A program made the position numbers and the translations under genes. DNA of 64,000 bases from Octopus vulgaris (lineage: Eukaryota): positions 128,588,001-128,652,000 of the forward strand of contig OX597814.1 of NCBI GenBank assembly GCA_951406725.2, written 5' to 3'. The notes under the pieces are model-generated. The model searched no databases. It had not been told where the DNA came from and saw only the letters and a program-made list of their open reading frames with translations. Positions 27,869-42,950 of this stretch are shown here, one piece after another. Positions within the stretch are counted from its first letter, which is position 1. Each line of letters starts with the position of its first letter.

Positions 27869-28329
27869 ATACACAACCCTTTTTCTTATTACATTAGACA
27901 CTGCAGTACTCTGGGTTGCATTCTTAAAGAGTATAGCCGATGACGTCGGCTCCAATACTTATGTTTTGAAACCTGGAACTTATTCTGTGCATTTCTTGTA
28001 CCGAACTGCTGAGTTACATAGACATATGAGTTACATAGACAAATGGCGGTGCCCCAGCATGGTCACAGCTCATGAGCTGAAACTGGATAAAATAAATAAA
28101 AAATAAAAATACCATCGTTTGTCAAGTGATAAGAGACAAACACTGCCATACTCACACGGTCATATATATATATATGCAACGGACTTCTCTACAATCCCCG
28201 TCAACTAAATTTATTCACAGGGTGTTAGTCGTCCTAAGGTTAGAGTGGAAGACAGTTGCCCAATATGCCATGCAGCAGGATTGAACTCAAAATTGTGTTA
28301 TTGCGAAGTGAACATCTTAATCATACAAC

Positions 28330-28365
<36 letters not shown>

Positions 28366-28418
28366 ACTTTCTTTCTGCACATATATATGTATATGAGTGT
28401 GTGTGTGTATCTGTATGC

Positions 28419-28487
<69 letters not shown>

Positions 28488-28531
28488 TATGTATATATAT
28501 ATATATGCATATACACGCACACATACATACA

Positions 28532-28607
<76 letters not shown>

Positions 28608-30150
28608 CACACACACACATATATATGCATATACAAAAAGTACATACATACACATTCAAATTCCTAAACAAAAAACAGTGTTTATATGTTTATATATGTT
28701 TGTATGCATGTGTGCGTATATGTGTATATATGTGTGTGTAAACATAGATAGATACATACATCTACATATGCTTATACACATACACACACACTCACAGACA
28801 CACACACAGATATATACACACGTGCGCTAGTTTCCTTATCATTGCTTCGAATAACATTTAATTAGAAAGAAACTATAAAATGTCATACATCTATGATATG
28901 AACAGTAATTCGGTTTCCTCCGGTAAAATATTGATTTTTTTTTCTTTTAAATTCTTGTATTAAGCAAAAGGTTTAAGTTTTAGGAGTGTTATAAGATAGA
29001 CATATGAAACGACTCCAATGACAGTTTACAGTGACCTCCATAGGGTTTTAGACTGGAAGGACAGGGGATCTAAACTAACTGAAAGTTATCAAAGAAATTG
29101 TTGGATTTGTTTTAAAATTTATTTCATCCTTGTTGTTTTTTAAGTGTTATGATATGGCTACTATTTCTTGCAAGTCGAAAGACAAAGGTTTCATCTTCGT
29201 TGTGTCTGTGCCCTACTCACAGAGACTAACGGGTGCAACTTCCGGTATGTCGGCAACAGAGGCTTCCGATTGGCTAAAATTACATTATTTCAAATGCATA
29301 TAAACTTTTTCTATCTTTTCAGGGTCGATGAAATAAGTACCAGTTGAGCATTAGGGTCAATGTAATCGACTCACCCTTTTCCAAAATTTCAGGCCTTTTG
29401 CCTATAAAAGAAAGAATTATTAATGTTTAAAAAAGAAAAAAAAAAAAAAAGAATGAATGTGATTTTCGTCTTCATCATGCGTCGGTGTAGAAAATTTGAA
29501 AATGATCTGATGAAAAATTGAGATATTTCAAGCAGTTGGAAGAAATTTTACAAGATCCATTGGATAAAGGCTGCCTTCAGGAGAGTCTTCATCAAGCAGA
29601 TCTAAGAATAAAACTTTTCATACCGTAAACATCCCATACTTTTAGGTTTTTCTTTTGTACTCTACACTACAGTATTTAGTATTGCCATTTGTTTTTTAAA
29701 GAATGTAGGTTGCGATTTTATGGACATTGCCTGCTATTTTTAGCAGTTCAAACGACGTTAACCTTCTGATTGTATATCCCTCACCAAGAAAACCTTGGCC
29801 AAGAAGACCTATTATCAAAGGCGTTCTAACCGTTGCAATATCTGCTTTTACATTAAAGTCAACATTCCCCAAATGAGAAAAAAATTATAGGTGAAATAAT
29901 CATCAGAGACGATTTGACCCACAGAGATTTTGCAAGGTCACCTAAATTCATTACAAAGCTGGAAACCTTTCTGTATCGCCTGTAAGTATCTCAGGATCAC
30001 GAGCATTTCGCCCCTTATCTTGTACACCTCACCTGAGTGGAGCAGCAAACTCTGAGCTAGTCCTCACCGACAGAAGGGTTCCACTTGCGGTCTCTTATCA
30101 ACTTAGCCATCTTGTGCTAGTTTCAGCTGCCGTGCCTATTTCCTCCGTGG

Positions 30151-30226
<76 letters not shown>

Positions 30227-30239
30227 ATTATTATTATTG

Positions 30240-30757
30240 AGTGAGCGAGCAGAGCATGCCATCAAAGTGACACTGGGGTAAAATATACGAAGCCCAGTAT
30301 ACCCATCATGACTACCCGTCTGATAAAGGTACACCAGGCACATGCATCACAACCATATGTGCGCGACATGGTGATCTCATATCAAGATAAACAGCACATG
30401 ACCTTGCAGGTGGGGCCCAGTTAGAATTTTCTTCAGGTTGAGTAGCCCATCCCGCTCAAACGGTCCCTGAATAAGGGTTGTTTAAGGATGTTGAAAGAAC
30501 CACCCATGTTTCCAGAGGTGAACTATTCAAACCCCAGAGAATCCCTCTCAACACATGGCTATGATGCTCCCCCACTACTTCTGCTCGTGATCAGAGATGC
30601 ACATATCGTCAGCCACTAAGGGACATGCTCAACTGGTTAAGGTTAAACAACTGACAAGCAAATCTGTGGTATTGAGCAGAATATTTGCTGTAGCCCATCT
30701 TTTATACCAAGACAAAACAATGTACATGATAACACTTCCAATCAGTTAAGATCAGAA
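30240..30757 (-). mobile_element. ~520-bp non-coding retroelement inserted in an (AAT)n/(AAC)n microsatellite (possibly Dong/R4-related)
   Basis: Flanked on both sides by (TTA)/(TTG) tracts. A second copy at 32566-32855 has the same microsatellite junction. Confidence 0.65.
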
Positions 30758-30794
<37 letters not shown>

Positions 30795-31986
30795 GTTGTT
30801 GTTGTTGTTGCTGCTGCCAAAATGCTTAGTGGCATTTCTTACGGCTCTTTGCGTTCTAAGATTTCATTGGATAGAGAAAACCAAAAGCCTCCCTGGTGCC
30901 GTTGGCATTCGTGGTGATCCAACATCTTTGTGGTACCACCTATTGAGGATTTTGTTATAATTTTCTTGTCACTTTTTTCATTCCTTTCATGTACATTTGT
31001 AATTCCTCAATGTCCTTTATTTTAGTAATGTCCTAACTGTTTTTTTGCGACCCTTGTAGCTAATACCTGACGCGTGTGTCACGCTTAAAAGAACGAAAGC
31101 AATTTTGTTGCTTAAATGAAAGTTTTTAATTACACCTGTAATTTCTGGAAGGCATTTGAAGCCGCCACCTAGGTATTGTATTAATACTTCTCAACACCTA
31201 TGCCTACTGGGCCACCGAAGCAGCAATAGACCTAATGAGAAAATTAAGATACTTAAATTTGACTCGTATGTCCAACAAGAGGGAGAGGAAGTGAGAAGGT
31301 AAGAAAAAGAGAAAGGGAGAGAGAGATGACGGCATGAAACTGAGTGGCTGATAGGTATTTGAATTCCTTTCTACGACTGAACTGAAATTGACCCCTGGCT
31401 ATTAAAGGCCCAACCACACACACACATTTGTTTTAGGTCTTCTACCCATTTGAATTCGGCTATACACCAGATAACACGGTGTTCTGAAATTTAGATATTG
31501 AATTTGTTTTAATTATAAAATTACACCTCAGCTAAAAAAACATCTTTTGGCTTTCGAATACAACCTTTTCTTTCTCTTTCTATATTCTTTGTTAAGTTAC
31601 AATTTCTTTGTTTTGGTCAGGACTTTTGCAATTTCATTTTTCTTGTATCAAGTCATGGACGAAAGCATTAAAAAAAATTAAATTCATGGAGCCGAACAAA
31701 ATCAAAAATATAACATCTATTTTTTCCTTGTCCATAATACTAACAAGAGCATAGTATGAGAGAGATTTGGCTGTTATTTCTTGCAGATTGAACAACCACA
31801 CAGAATTGTTGGATTGGCTCATTTGTTGATGTGTACAAGTAAACAAAAACTAAGAGACACACGCACACACACACACACACACAAACATAAATGAATGAAT
31901 GTGTGTGTGTATCTACAGACCAGGACAGAGAGGAAGTGAGAGAGAAAGAGAGAGAGAGAGAGCGAGAGAGTGAGTGTGTGTGTGTG

Positions 31987-32029
<43 letters not shown>

Positions 32030-32222
32030 GATGGCGAAAAAGAATAAAAGAACACGAGAAAACATTCCGTGCCTCTAAAGCAACTGGGTTCTCTAAATAT
32101 GTACGATGTATTTTAAGGCTAAATACTAATTCTGTTTACGTTTGCGTAACTGAGATATTTTGGTTGGATTATATAATTATCAGTTTTACACTTCTTTCTA
32201 TATTCTGTAACTGTCGCAATAT

Positions 32223-32400
32223 ACTTTTCTACTATATGCACAAGTCCTGAGATTTTTGTGGGGAGGGGGCCATCGATTTAATTTATCGACCCCGAAAGGC
32301 AAAGTCGACCTGGACGGAATTTGAACTCAGAACGCTAAGACAGACGAAATACTGCTAAGCATTATGCCCGGCATGCTAACGTTTCTGTCAGCTCGCCGCC
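32223..32400 (-). mobile_element. SINE family B
   Basis: Ends in gctcgccgcc, the reverse complement of the family B head. Has an internal deletion. Confidence 0.8.
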
Positions 32401-32502
32401 TTTAACCTTCACAATATAGAAACATTTCTCATGGCACCAGCACACAATTTACAGATGCGTACGTTTTTAATATTTTCCGTGAAATTTTCACGGGTCCTGC
32501 TA

Positions 32503-32565
<63 letters not shown>

Positions 32566-32855
32566 GAGTGAGAGAGCAGTGCATGCAATCAAAGTGACAC
32601 TGGGGTAAAATATACGAAGCCCAGTATAATACCCATCATGACTACCCGTCTGATAAGGGTACACCAGGTACATGCATCACAACCATATGTGCGTGACACA
32701 GTGATCTCATATCAAGATAAACAGCGCATGACCTTGCAGGTGGGGCCCAGTTAGAATTTTCTTCTGGTCGAGTAGCCCATCCCGCTCAAAAGGTCTCTGA
32801 ATAAGGATTCTTTAAGGATGTTGAACGAACCACCCATGTTTCCAAAGGTGAATTA
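32566..32855 (-). mobile_element. Truncated second copy of the (AAT)n-targeted element
   Basis: High identity to 30240-30520 and preceded by (ATT)n. Confidence 0.75.
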
Positions 32856-33020
32856 CACAACAACGCAAGGACGTGGAACAAGTATAGTGTTATTGGACGC
32901 TCAGGAAAGAAAGAAGGAGGATTTAACGTTTCGAGCGGAGCTCTTCGTCAGAAACATAGAAAAGGTCCAAGGAAGGGAAGACGGAGAAAGAAAATGGCCA
33001 ACGATACACACGCGGTCACA
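32856..33020 (-). mobile_element. Penelope-like terminal repeat fragment with a minimal hammerhead
   Basis: Minus strand GUUU-CUGACGA-AGAGC-UCC-GCUC-GAAACGUU-AAAU (32921-32955). The same flank recurs at 40989-41053 next to (TA)n. A decayed inverted echo lies at ~33443-33515. Confidence 0.6.
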
Positions 33021-33656
33021 TATTGTGTACGTATATATATGTATACATACACACGCCCACATGCTGGCCCTTATAGTCACTCTATCACCACTAAATACCA
33101 CCCATTTAAACATACCTAACACAAACACGCTTAAATGCTCATACACTCGCGTACTCACACATATACAGAACGATAAATTTGTGAAAAATAACATATTAAT
33201 AACCTACATTGTTAAGCACACACATTTTATGATTAATATATTAGTCTGTGTATACTAAATTCACAATGCACACAGCAAACTAAGACACATACATCACAAA
33301 GTTGCACTTCCTGCTACTCTTGAACGTATGAAGACTCATTCCTTCTTAGTCACTTCCAGTCATTCAACCTCAGCTATTTTCACAGAATAATATATTTCTC
33401 CTTTACTCCCCCATCCTTTTTTTCCCTTCATTTCTACCCTTAGTTTTTCTGAAAAGGAGCTTCAGTTTGAAACTCTAATGACGCTTCTATTTTCTTAATA
33501 CCTAACTGAGCGTTGAACATTCTTGTGAGATTTACATATAGTAATTCGATAAGTTGAACATCTTGTTTTCACTTTACCTTCCATATTGTTATCTCGTCAT
33601 TAGTTATGAATATATACATATACTTACATACATATACATAATTCTTTCTCTCTGTC

Positions 33657-34575
<919 letters not shown>

Positions 34576-34874
34576 AAAATATAAACGCGTCATGTATACA
34601 TGTGTGTAACATTAGTTAATTTTCTTCGTTCCTGCTTAAGACAAATTAACGCTTTTGTCCAAGAAGAATGTTGACCTTCAGAACTAGTCAGAGTAGCAAA
34701 ATAAATCAGATATTTACTGAGACAAGCAGAACACCGAGGACACGATGATTGGAAAAGCATAACAAAAGAACAAAAAAAAAAAAAAAACTCACCCATATTC
34801 TGTTCTTAGATTCAGAGCTGTTTGTGTCGTTGTACATTTGAGATAACATAATAGAATGAAGATTAGCACTATAT

Positions 34875-34940
<66 letters not shown>

Positions 34941-35712
34941 GATAATTTCCTAATAGGTTAAAAGTTCACTACTCTTGGAATGTAAATATTTAACTAGCTT
35001 TAACAATGGCTAGTATTATTCTTCACTCTGGACTCGTGTTTAAATAGGGTATTGATTCATAATGAAAGAGAAGAATTTCTGATCTACAAGGTTTTCTCAT
35101 AAGTATTAGAGGAGTACGTGAAGTGAATTAGCTTCCACCTTAGAATCTCAACTAAGCTGCAAATTCGTCTCAACAATTTAAAAAATGTCGAGTTTATTCT
35201 TCAAATCACCACATTTTTGTGGAAAGAGAGAGAGAGAGAAGGTATGAAGATGGGGTGGTATGACATTTATGCCTTTTTCATTAGTATCATAAGTGTAAAG
35301 AGAAATAAAATAGATTGAACCAAATAGAAATTCGCAACACGAACATTGTGGTTGTGACTCCTGTTAGAAATTTTCTGCGAATTGTGTTGATACTATTTTC
35401 AGTTTCTGATAATATTTTCTAGTCTAATAAAATACAAACCCCGTTTACGTAAACATCTTGTTGTTCGGATGATTGAGGTAAAATTAGTTTTCAACGGAGG
35501 CACAAGGAGACAAATTTGAGAAAAAGTGCTTTGTCGATTAAATCGATTCAGTACTTGACTGGTTCTGTTCTTTATTCACTCCAGAAGAATGTGTGAAATG
35601 TAAGCCGTAATATGTGGAGATGGGACAAGTTAATAACTTCTGGATCTACTGGAATGAATTAATGGAGGATAGTCTAAACTTATTACAGATTTTATCCAAT
35701 TATTTACGTAGG

Positions 35713-36151
35713 GGATCTTTTCGGTTTGAACGGCAGTTTTTAAACATAATTTCTAGGTAACTAAAAAATTTTAAACTTCGTATACTGGTAGAATGTGTTT
35801 ATAAAACGTCTTTTTATCTTGGCTTTATTGAGAAAATTCTATAGTTTGTAAGATATTTGTTGTTGTTTTTCTTCAATTTCTGCAATTTCAACCAATCAGT
35901 GACGTCTATTGAGTTAAAAAGCATTCTGTGTCGTATGAATATGTCCCTCGTTTAAGAAACAGATTGGGTTTATTTACATTTGTGAAGAAAAAAATATACC
36001 CTTCCCCCATCCCTAACCCTATCCCTAACCCTAACTAACCCTAACCCTAAAAGAGATTGAAATGTAATAGATCGATTCTAGGGTTATAATTATGGGTGAC
36101 AATTTCATATGACACCGCTAGAAAAAACTGCCGTTCAAACCGAAAAGATTC
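35713..36151 (+). mobile_element. Merlin-type MITE, complete
   Basis: ~29-bp TIRs and an 8-bp TSD tacgtagg (35705-35712 and 36152-36159). Internal (CCCTAA)n-like tract at ~36011-36050. Confidence 0.9.
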
Positions 36152-36864
36152 TACGTAGGTACACATCTGCGACAAGTTGGAAGAAAACACAAACGTTTGT
36201 TATTTGGATGACTCTAGTCCTTATAATATTCTGTCACTAAGTGCGTACAGAGAGGAAGGTAAAAGGCTCAAGGTTCGTGCGAAAAAATATTTGTGTTTGT
36301 ATGAAATTGATTCTGGCAAAAAATGGATAAAAAAGAACAAGAAATTTACCCACTTAAGATAGACAAACACAACAGGTTTAAAGGGATTTAAGCCGTCTTT
36401 CTATCGGTTAATGGTTAACGGTGTCACCAATTAAAGCACAGAACATCAGCTATTCTCACATTAGTAATACATTCTTGTGTTCGGTTCTTGCTGCAATCAT
36501 CGAATCGGGGCGGGACACTTTGCCATAATAGATATATCCTTCGATATACAATAACACTGGGTTCACAGTGAAGTAAAACAACCACGAACGTACTAAGTAT
36601 TGGTAGGATGCTGAAGATATTTAAGTATCAAATCCAATTTAAACCGTAGCTCCGACTTAAGGTTGGTTCTAGGTGTGATGCAGACATAAAATGAACTCAG
36701 GTAGGGTTTGAAATTTACAACTGCTGTTTCGGAAAAATTTTATTGATGTATTCATAGATTACATCATAATATATATATTTCTTTACTACCCACAAGGGGC
36801 TAAACACAGAGGGGACAAACAAGGACAGACAAACGGATTAAGTCGATTATATCGACCGAGACAG

Positions 36865-37083
36865 AGATGACCGGCAAACTTTCGGAATAGCTATCATTAC
36901 CTCACGAAGAAAAGCACCAGTAAAAATTTACTCGAAAATAGCTCGGAATTGGAGTGTAAAAATGTACAAAATTAAGTTTTAGACAAAAACATTCTTTCAC
37001 AGACAGAAACAACTTCCCAATTCGTTGCCCTTTTCTTTCTCTATGAGGTAGTAATAGCAATTCCAGAAACCCACCGATCATCT
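36865..37083. repeat. Old inverted-repeat (MITE-like) element
   Basis: agatgaccgg...ggaatagctatcattacctca pairs with tgaggtagtaatagcaattcc...ccgatcatct. Confidence 0.5.
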
Positions 37084-37143
37084 ATTATACCTGTCCCACG
37101 AGTGTAATAGTTCACTTACTAATCCTTAAGTAAATAAAATATT

Positions 37144-37572
37144 CTTTTCTACTCTAGGCACAAGGCCCGAAATTTTGGTGGAGGGGGCCAGTTGATTAGA
37201 TCGACCCCAGTACGCAGCTGGTACTTAATTTATCGACCCCGAAAGGATGAAAGGCAAAGTCGACCTCGGCGGAATTTGAACTCAGAACATAGCGGCAGAC
37301 GAAATACTGCTGAGCATTTCGCCTGGCGTATTAACGATTCTTATTCTTTTACTGCCCACAAGGGGCTACACACAGAGGGGACAAACAAAGATAGACAAAC
37401 GGATCAAGTCGATTATATCGATCCCAGTACGCAGCTGGTACTTAATTTATCGACCCCGAAAGGATGAAAGGCAAAGTCGACCTCGGCGGAATTTGAACTC
37501 AGAACATAGCGGCAGAAGAAATACGGCTACGCATTTCGCCCGGCGTGCTAACGTTTCTGCCAGCTCACCGCC
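37144..37572 (-). mobile_element. Head-to-tail dimer of two family B SINE variants inside a single TSD
   Basis: TSD ttaagtaaataaaatatt at 37126-37143 and 37574-37591. Internal junction at ~37340. Confidence 0.85.
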
Positions 37573-37999
37573 TTTAAGTAAATAAAATATTGGCGGTCAA
37601 TAATAGAAAAGTAGTCTAATTTATCCCAATGTTTAACTGCTCATTTCTTTCTCGCAGCTGTATAATGTCTGCATTCGTTATACACATTTCCGTGCTCTGC
37701 AACACCGAACATTTGCAACAGGTTATTTTACTGTGAGATTATTTAAACTTCATGAGAGAGTGTAAGCACCATAAATATCAGAAGAAAGAAAGAACTTATT
37801 TCTTAAAGATTTTATTTCCAGCGTTAAGGACATTATTCAAAATGTCGTAGTAGTAGGCTGTTTTACAATGGTAAGAGGAAAATAACGACAAAGATAGTGC
37901 ACCTTTGGTAATAACTGCGTTTGTTGCGGAAGAGGTTGTTCGTTAGAAATAGAAAGATGTGCGACGTCTGAAAGCGAAAACGACTGTCCCATAATATTT

Positions 38000-38224
38000 A
38001 TTTCTTTATTGCCCACAGGGGGCTAAACATAGACGGGACAAACAAGGACAGACAAAGGGATTTAGTCGATTACATCAACCCTAGTGCGTAACTGGTACTT
38101 ATTTAATCGACCCCGAAAGGATGTAAGGCAAAATCGACCTCAGCGGAATTTGAACTCAGAACATAACGGCAGACGAAATACGGCTACGCATTTCGCCCGG
38201 CGTGCTAACGTTTCTGCCAGCTCG
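38000..38224 (-). mobile_element. SINE family B with TSD
   Basis: Flanked by cataatattt on both sides. Confidence 0.88.
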
Positions 38225-38659
38225 CATAATATTTCGAGGGGTTCGTATTTATACATGCTGGAAAGCTGAGTGAAGTTCGGAAACTATGGGGAGCAAATTG
38301 GCTTATCTATATTAATCTATATTTAACTCAAGAATGTTTACTTAAACAATAGAACTTATCTTAGTTTGGCGGATGATCCTCACAAATTTCTAAGTGCTAA
38401 TGCCGAGAACAATGGAAAGAATCTGATAGAAAAAAATCTAGGCTAGGGTTTCGACTTCTGGCTAAGAACCCAGGAAACGATTAGTTTCACACTTCATGCG
38501 AAGCCAATAGTCTGCTTGTCAATTAGAGAAAGAAAAAAAAAGGAGCTATTTTATCATTGTTAACTGCTGGCCAGCTGTGATCGAGCAGATCTCTGATCAA
38601 AGACATTCTAGACGTGACCGTCTTGCCTTTTTTGTATTTACAGGACTCATATATTCCAC

Positions 38660-38964
38660 TTTTTTTTGTCGCCCTTTTCAAGCCTAGCCAGGCTCGTGGG
38701 CCCGGTTTCCCGGTTTCTGTGGCGTATGTGTTCCCCCCAGCTGGACGGGACGCCAGTCCATCGCAGCGTTACTCAAGAAACAGGAAGAAAGTTGTGGCGA
38801 AAGAGTACATCAGGGGTCACCACCACCACCCCCTGCCGGAGCCTCGTGGAGCTTTTAGGTGTTTTCGCTCAATAAACACACGCACACAACGCCCAGTCTG
38901 GGAATCGAAACCGCGATCCTCCAACCGCGAGTCCGCTGCCCTAACCACTAGGCCATTGCGCCTC
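38660..38964 (-). mobile_element. tRNA-derived SINE family C (V-domain-like core)
   Basis: Head GAGGCGCAATGGCCTAGTGGTTAG...GGTTTCGATTCC and core GCGATGGACTGGCGTCCCGTCCAG. Confidence 0.85.
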
Positions 38965-40183
38965 CACTATATATTCTACTACTGAACTGTTTATACCAGT
39001 TGCTTGTGCAAACCCCCCAAGAGTTCTTATGAATCCTACTGTTTACTTGCAGATTTATAAATGGGTTTCAGATGTGATTTTTATGCATTTCTCGTGGGCA
39101 TTAATGAATGTAATTGAAAAGAACCGGTTACATCACACGAATGATGTCAGATGACTTTGAAGTTAATGATGATACGCCCCAGTGACTGGTTGTTGGACGA
39201 GAAAAAATATCGATTTCTAACATTGGCACAAGATCACATATCTATATTTGGCGGATGTAAGAGGAAGAAACATCTTGCTAATTAACCTCATGATTAAAAA
39301 TAATATGTTAATTTTTCATTTCTGTTCGTGTACGAATGCTGCGTACACACACACACATACGGGAGAGAAAGAGAAAATCCACTCGTCTAATTGGCATAAA
39401 GCCACTCTCAAACACACTCCAACCTCTTACTCACATACATCTCGTCTTCTGTCTCTGGTTTTTCTACAGTGCTTACTACAAATGTCTCTGCTCTTCAGAG
39501 ATGGACGATCTCGTACCATTTCCACTCAGACTTGCTTCTCCTTCCCTCATCACCCATGTCCAACCTGTAAGTCTCTCACCCAACCTTGCCTCCGCAGAAC
39601 GTTGACCGTCTGGAATTACTACTCTGCTTATATCCTTTCTCCACTATTCCACTTGCCACAAAATGTTTTGTTCGTCGCACTAACTGCTCAACCTATCCTT
39701 CGTCCATATAAGCGAGAAAATATTGGTTTCAAATTTTGGTACAAGACCAGAAATTTTTGGGGAAGGCTCCGCTGGTACTTATTTTATCGACTTCGAAAAG
39801 ATGGAAGACAAAGTCAGCCTCAGAGAAATTTGAATTCAGAACATAAAGATAGATGAAATGCTACCAATCATTTCGTACGACGAGATAACGACCGTGCCAG
39901 CTCGTCGCTTTATATGAGCGAGAAAATAGTATAACACATTAGAATGACTGTGTACACCTGAGATGTATAAACGAAATCGGATGCAAAATACAATTTTAAA
40001 GTAGTGATTATTAACCAATGATTTACATCAATAATGTTTTGAGCTACCTCGCTACCATGGAAACGACTGGCAGAGATGAACTAAATCAATATTGATTTTA
40101 GTCGATCAACATTCTGAGTTCAAATCCCACAGGGGTCATCAATATCTTTTATCTATCAGAGATCGATAAAATAGGTATTCATA

Positions 40184-40959
<776 letters not shown>

Positions 40960-41369
40960 AAGTTAATCCAAACAAGAAAACAAAAAAACAACAACGCAAG
41001 GACGTGGAACAAATAAAGTATTATTGGACGCTCAGGAAAGAAGGGAAGAAGGAGATATATATATATATATATATATATATACTACTTTCCAACAAAGGTG
41101 ACCGATTGTTTACTCAAAAAGCCTTCAATACTTGATGCTGTGTAAATGAACCTTAGATTTTGAGATCATCTAATTTAGCCCCACCCTAATACCTTCCCTC
41201 GTGTAACTTCTAGAACATCAATTATTTTAATTATACGGAATATTAACTTCGTCTTTAGAGTAATCTGTTTTTTATATTCATATCTGTGTACGTGTTAGTT
41301 TGTATTATTGCCGATGGTCACCAGGTACCTTAATCTTAAAAATCCTTTCATCTTTTCTTTTCTCTTTTT

Positions 41370-41710
41370 TCTCTTTTATCTATTACTTGTTTCAGTTAAA
41401 AGGTTTAGTCGAACAAATTAACTCCATTACACTTATTCTAAGCCTTGTACTTATCCTATCGATTTCTGTTGCTGAACTGCAACGTTTCAGGAACGTAAAG
41501 AAACCTACACCAGCTGTCGAGCGGCGTTGGGGACAAACACAGACTGAAACGCACACACATATAGGACAGGCTTCCTCATAGTTTCCGTCTACCATATTCT
41601 CTAACAAGTCGTTAGCAGCTTGAGGCTATAGTAGAAGACACTGGCTCAAGGTGATGTGCAGTGGAACTGAACCTGAAACCACATGGTTGCAAAGCAAGCT
41701 TCTTAACCAC
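41370..41710 (-). mobile_element. Diverged SINE family A
   Basis: Reverse-complement match to the family A tail, body and head. Confidence 0.75.
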
Positions 41711-42488
41711 ATAAAATCGACAGGGTTCGAACTAAGTCTGTTGGGAAACGTGTTCTTGCATGTGTACATGGACGCAGATCTGATTCGAATCTATATCTAG
41801 TATGGCTGAATAGTTAAGAACCTTGCTTTGCAACCGTGAGCTTTCGAGTTCGGTCCCACTGTGTGTTATCTTGGGTAAATATCATCGGGTCGACTCAAAG
41901 CTTGGGAGTGAAATTCGATAGACGGAAACTGTATTGGATTGTACTTGCATTGCACCATGTCACATACCATGTGATGTTGATTTCGTTCAAGAATTACATT
42001 ACGGGTTAATTCAGGAGCTGGTATAATTGAATTCTCATCGTCGAACGACGGAGATTCACCACCACCGCCGCCACATATAAGAATAAGAAACTTAATGATG
42101 GTCGGGGATCAAGTCGACCGAAAGCCCTGATATAAATATTGCAAATAGACCCTTTGATAATCAGGAAGATTGTGATTTAATTCAACTTATATTCATCTCC
42201 GACATGGAGACAAATATGCAATAATTTTAGTTGAAGGAAAAGCAATTCTATTATTTTTTTCCTCGCCATTAAAGAAACTGAAATCTTGTGCCGGATAAAG
42301 CAAGCAAATTACTTTTAAGGGTTCTGGATTTGAAGGAAACTCAAAACTTCAGAATTGTTACAATTTTGTTGTAATATGTTTTACTATTTCACTTAGGCAC
42401 AGCGAGACTAATAACGTAGTGTAGAACTCAATATATGTATGCTTTTGAACGAATCGTTAGTCGGGTACAGAGCGGTAATAAGAAAAGA

Positions 42489-42688
42489 GATGGCAAAGGA
42501 ATAAATAATTAGCTTATAGACTTTATTGGCTTACACCTGTTTTCAATATAAGATGCAGTGGTACATGAAGTACACGTTTGAGGCTCTGATGAAACTCAGG
42601 CACTCAACTATGAGTCCATCGCATCTTATTGTGGAAACAGCTGTGAGCTAATGAAGTTTTTAAGATAATCGTTTATTCGTTTGCCACC
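42489..42688. mobile_element. Decayed palindromic element with hammerhead remnants
   Basis: Inverted arms gatggcaaaggaataaa...aagatgc and gcatctt...tttattcgtttgccacc. CTGATGA at 42586 and GAAACAGCTGT at 42634. Confidence 0.55.
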
Positions 42689-42741
42689 ACTTGTTATAAT
42701 ACGTGTTTAAGCAATTATTTAACTCAAGATGTTTATTTGTG

Positions 42742-42950
42742 GGGGCACATGGCCAAGTGGTTAGAGCAGCGGACTCGCGGTCGAAGGATCGCGGGTTCGA
42801 ATCTCAGACCGGGCGATGTGTGTGTTTATGAGCGAGACACCTAAGCTCCACGCGACTCCGGCAGAAGGTAATGGCGAACTTCTGCTGACTCTTTCGCCAC
42901 AACTTTCTCTCACTCTTTCCTCCTGTATCTTGCAGCTCACCTGCGACAGA
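42742..42950 (+). mobile_element. SINE family C, 3'-truncated
   Basis: tRNA-like head TGGCCAAGTGGTTAGAGC...GGTTCGAATCTC. Near-identical to 55747-55940. Confidence 0.85.

Noticed and set aside
29985-30148. Possible HDV-like ribozyme next to the (AAC)n tract (- strand CUG-CUCCACU-CAG...GGCGAA)
   Set aside because: I could not build P1 and P2 helices, so the double pseudoknot is unsupported.
36011-36050. (CCCTAA)n as a telomere or chromosome-fusion relic
   Set aside because: Only a few units, and always internal to the Merlin-type MITE.
37044-37053. TGAGGTAGTA, identical to the 5' end of let-7
   Set aside because: The match stops after 10 nt. Its pairing partner is ~140 nt away in a MITE-like inverted repeat, not in a pre-miRNA hairpin.
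42742-42815. tRNA-like sequences (also at 16476, 38964, 55747)
   Set aside because: They have no proper acceptor stem and run directly into SINE bodies, so they are SINE heads rather than tRNA genes.
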